64,000 nt of DNA. It comes from Azolla caroliniana. Taxonomy: Eukaryota > Plantae > Polypodiophyta. Positions within the stretch are counted from its first letter, which is position 1. Each line of letters begins with the position of its first letter. The position numbers and the translations under genes are program-made. The stretch spans positions 18,972,001-19,036,000 of the forward strand of contig JBHGNT010000003.1 of the NCBI GenBank assembly GCA_043228905.1, in the 5' to 3' direction. This document shows positions 61,630 through 64,000 of the stretch, piece after piece. Below the pieces are notes generated by a model that worked only from the letters and a program-made list of their open reading frames with translations, searched no databases and was not told the origin of the DNA.

Positions 61630-64000
61630 TGTTGAGAATCAAACTCAACTTCCCTAGTGTGGGAACACACCCTAGTATACACAAGTGCGAACACCCGACC
61701 TCTGAATATAGTAACTACCGTGGCATAGAACATTAAAGTTCTATGACACATACTCACTGTAGTTAAGTCTCCACCTCTTTTTAGTAAGTGGTGGTTGTAT
61801 AGAGAGAAGGTGACTATAAGCACCTTTATCTCCCTCTTTGTAACTGCTAGTTTATTCTTGTTCTTGTGAATATAATTTTTCGGTTGTTTTCTATATACAT
61901 TATGTTCTCTCTCTCTCTCTCTCTCTCAACTACACACACACACACACACACATCTCTTCCGCTGCACATAATCATATCCGATTCTTTACATGGTCCATCA
62001 ATGACAACTATACCTTGAAGATCAAGGAGCTGTGCGATGCCGTCAGGTCCATCAACGTCAACATCGACGACGATGAATGATGTAGATATGCCTCGGTTCA
62101 ACGCGATAAGGTCGATCGTCCCTGCGAGGGAGAATCCTCCCTCATTCAATCTCCAAGTGATGCTACTGGTTGAAGAAAATCATGTTCGGACAAGAAGCAA
62201 TGTGCAAGAAGGACACATGCTCTATTCGAATTTCGATGGAGGAAGAGGACAAGGTCGAGGAAGAAGATTCTGATTCGGCCAAGGTCGACACAACCAAGAA
62301 CAACCTTGAGAACCCAACTTCTATTAGTCGCAAGACATGTCAATCGCGCGAGGCGGAGTGTCTGGTAGAAGGGCGAGCAATAATGTTGGACCCATCCAAC
62401 AAAAAAATTCCATCCAGTGTGGATACTATGGCAAATTCAGCCACTATGAGGTAGAGTGTCGGAAGAAGAAGATCGAGTCTGCCTCCACAAGCCGACAACT
62501 CACCAACTACGCCTCAAACTCCAACTACGATGATCGTGGTGGAATGTTCACGATGGAACACAGAACGAATTCGATGACGACATCATGTCCGACTAGTACC
62601 TCCAACTCGGAAAATGTATGTTTTATCGATTCGGGTGCATCCAATCACATGACGTCTCATCGAGAGCTACGAAAGCCCGAACAATCCAGCTATGTGGAAA
62701 CTGGTGATGACACAATTCACCCCATTCGGCATGTCGGAAACGTCCCTTTTGGCGAAGAGGGAAATCAAACATACATCAAGAATGTCTTGCATGTTCCAAC
62801 TATAACGAAGAATCTAGTCTTGGTTGGCTAGATTGTGGAACACGGCATGCAAGTTCAATTCAATGACGGTGGTTGCTTCATCGAAAAGGAAGGCGAATTA
62901 TCGCTCGCTGTCGAAGAGAAGGCCGAATGTTCATCCTTGATTCACACGAGATGAAATCGGCAATGTTTGACAAGGGTCACAAAGCCGATGCCGACATAGA
63001 GATGTGACACAAAAGAATCAGCCATATCAATCTCTAGAAGCTCAAAGGAATGCAGTCGAAAGGAGTCGTCATGGGACTCTCGACTTTTATCGAAAAGGAG
63101 ATTGCAGGCATATGCGGGAGTCTGCCAATTCAGCAAACAACATTGTCAACTATTTCCGAAAGAGAGGAACGTGAGCAAAGGGATCTTGGATGTAATACAT
63201 TCAGATGTATGGGCACCAACCCAAATGGCAACATTCGGTGGTTGCCGGTATTATGTGACGTTCATCGATGACTTCTCCAAGCACACTTGGATTTACCCTA
63301 TGCGGCAAAAGAATAAAGTGTTCGGACACTTTCAAAAATTTATAAACGAAGTCGAAAAGACAACCGATCGGCATGTCCGATGCCTTCGATTGGAAGATGG
63401 CAAGGAGTATTTCTCCGATGCCTTCACAACATACCTTTGACAAGAAGGAATTCGGCAGGAGTTCACCTGCCGACACACACCTCAGCAAAACAGAGTAGCC
63501 GAACGAAAGAACCAGAATATACTTGAGGTGGCAAGGGAAATGATGAACGAGAAACATCTGCCGAAATCATACTCGGCTGATACGGTGAACACAACCACCT
63601 ATCTAATGAATCGGTGCACAACATCTAGAGTGCACGATATCACTCCCCATGAGAAGAATCTATGGAAAGAAGCTAGATCTATCCCACATATGGATATTCG
63701 GTTCTATAGCGTTTGTATACATTCTTGATGAAAAGCGGCAAAAGCTCGATTCGAAATTGGAGACGTGTATCCTTGTTCGAACAAAAGGGGTATAAATGCT
63801 TCAATCCCTCTACCAAGAAGGTACGAGTGAATAGGGATGTCGTATTCGATGAGTTGGCATCTTGGTACACGGTTGACTCGGCTCTATCTTACCCAATCGA
63901 AACCGACTTCGATATAATCGACTTGGAGGAGAATGATCGACTAAGGCTCACAATAGAGGAAAGTCCAAATTTGTCAATAAGATTGAGTGGATTAGAGGAG
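61630..64000 (+). mobile_element. Copia 'D', decayed relative of B; 5' LTR 61630-61990; runs off the window
   Basis: TGTTGA...TTTACA LTR followed by TGGT only, then mid-gag. FIDSGASNHMT, IHSDVW and TFIDDFS motifs with stops. Confidence 0.85.

Overview
Nuclear DNA of a land plant, most likely a non-seed plant such as a fern (inferred from the Tcn1-like chromoviruses, not proven). Three spliced host genes can be reconstructed with GT-AG introns: the 3' four exons of a HINT2-like histidine-triad gene (+, 209-1613), a complete STP13-like sugar transporter (-, 2893-6252) and a histone H1 (+, 33829-35958). Most of the rest is transposon-derived. It includes a decayed chromodomain Gypsy element with TSD inside an old Tork-like Copia, a hAT MITE, a 5'-inverted L1-type LINE with a 14-bp TSD, other LINE and Gypsy remnants, a ~70-bp plastid 23S rRNA fragment, and a nested Copia stack (47.2-64 kb) holding one intact, very young element. 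The most interesting observations are: (1) a tRNA-independent, Tf1-like self-priming signal in the Gypsy element, plus a sibling whose junction looks like primer plus strong-stop DNA; (2) a tRNA-like A-box/B-box cassette in the same LTR; (3) a large CpG-rich fold-back with an array of CTAAC motifs and a cryptic exon in the H1 intron; (4) Cys in place of the proton-coupling Asp of the STP; (5) strong CCGG enrichment in two young Copia elements; (6) a Copia with a second PPT and a ~240-aa read-through extension; (7) a twin-priming-type LINE insertion. All coordinates and counts were made by eye; no searches or folding programs were run.
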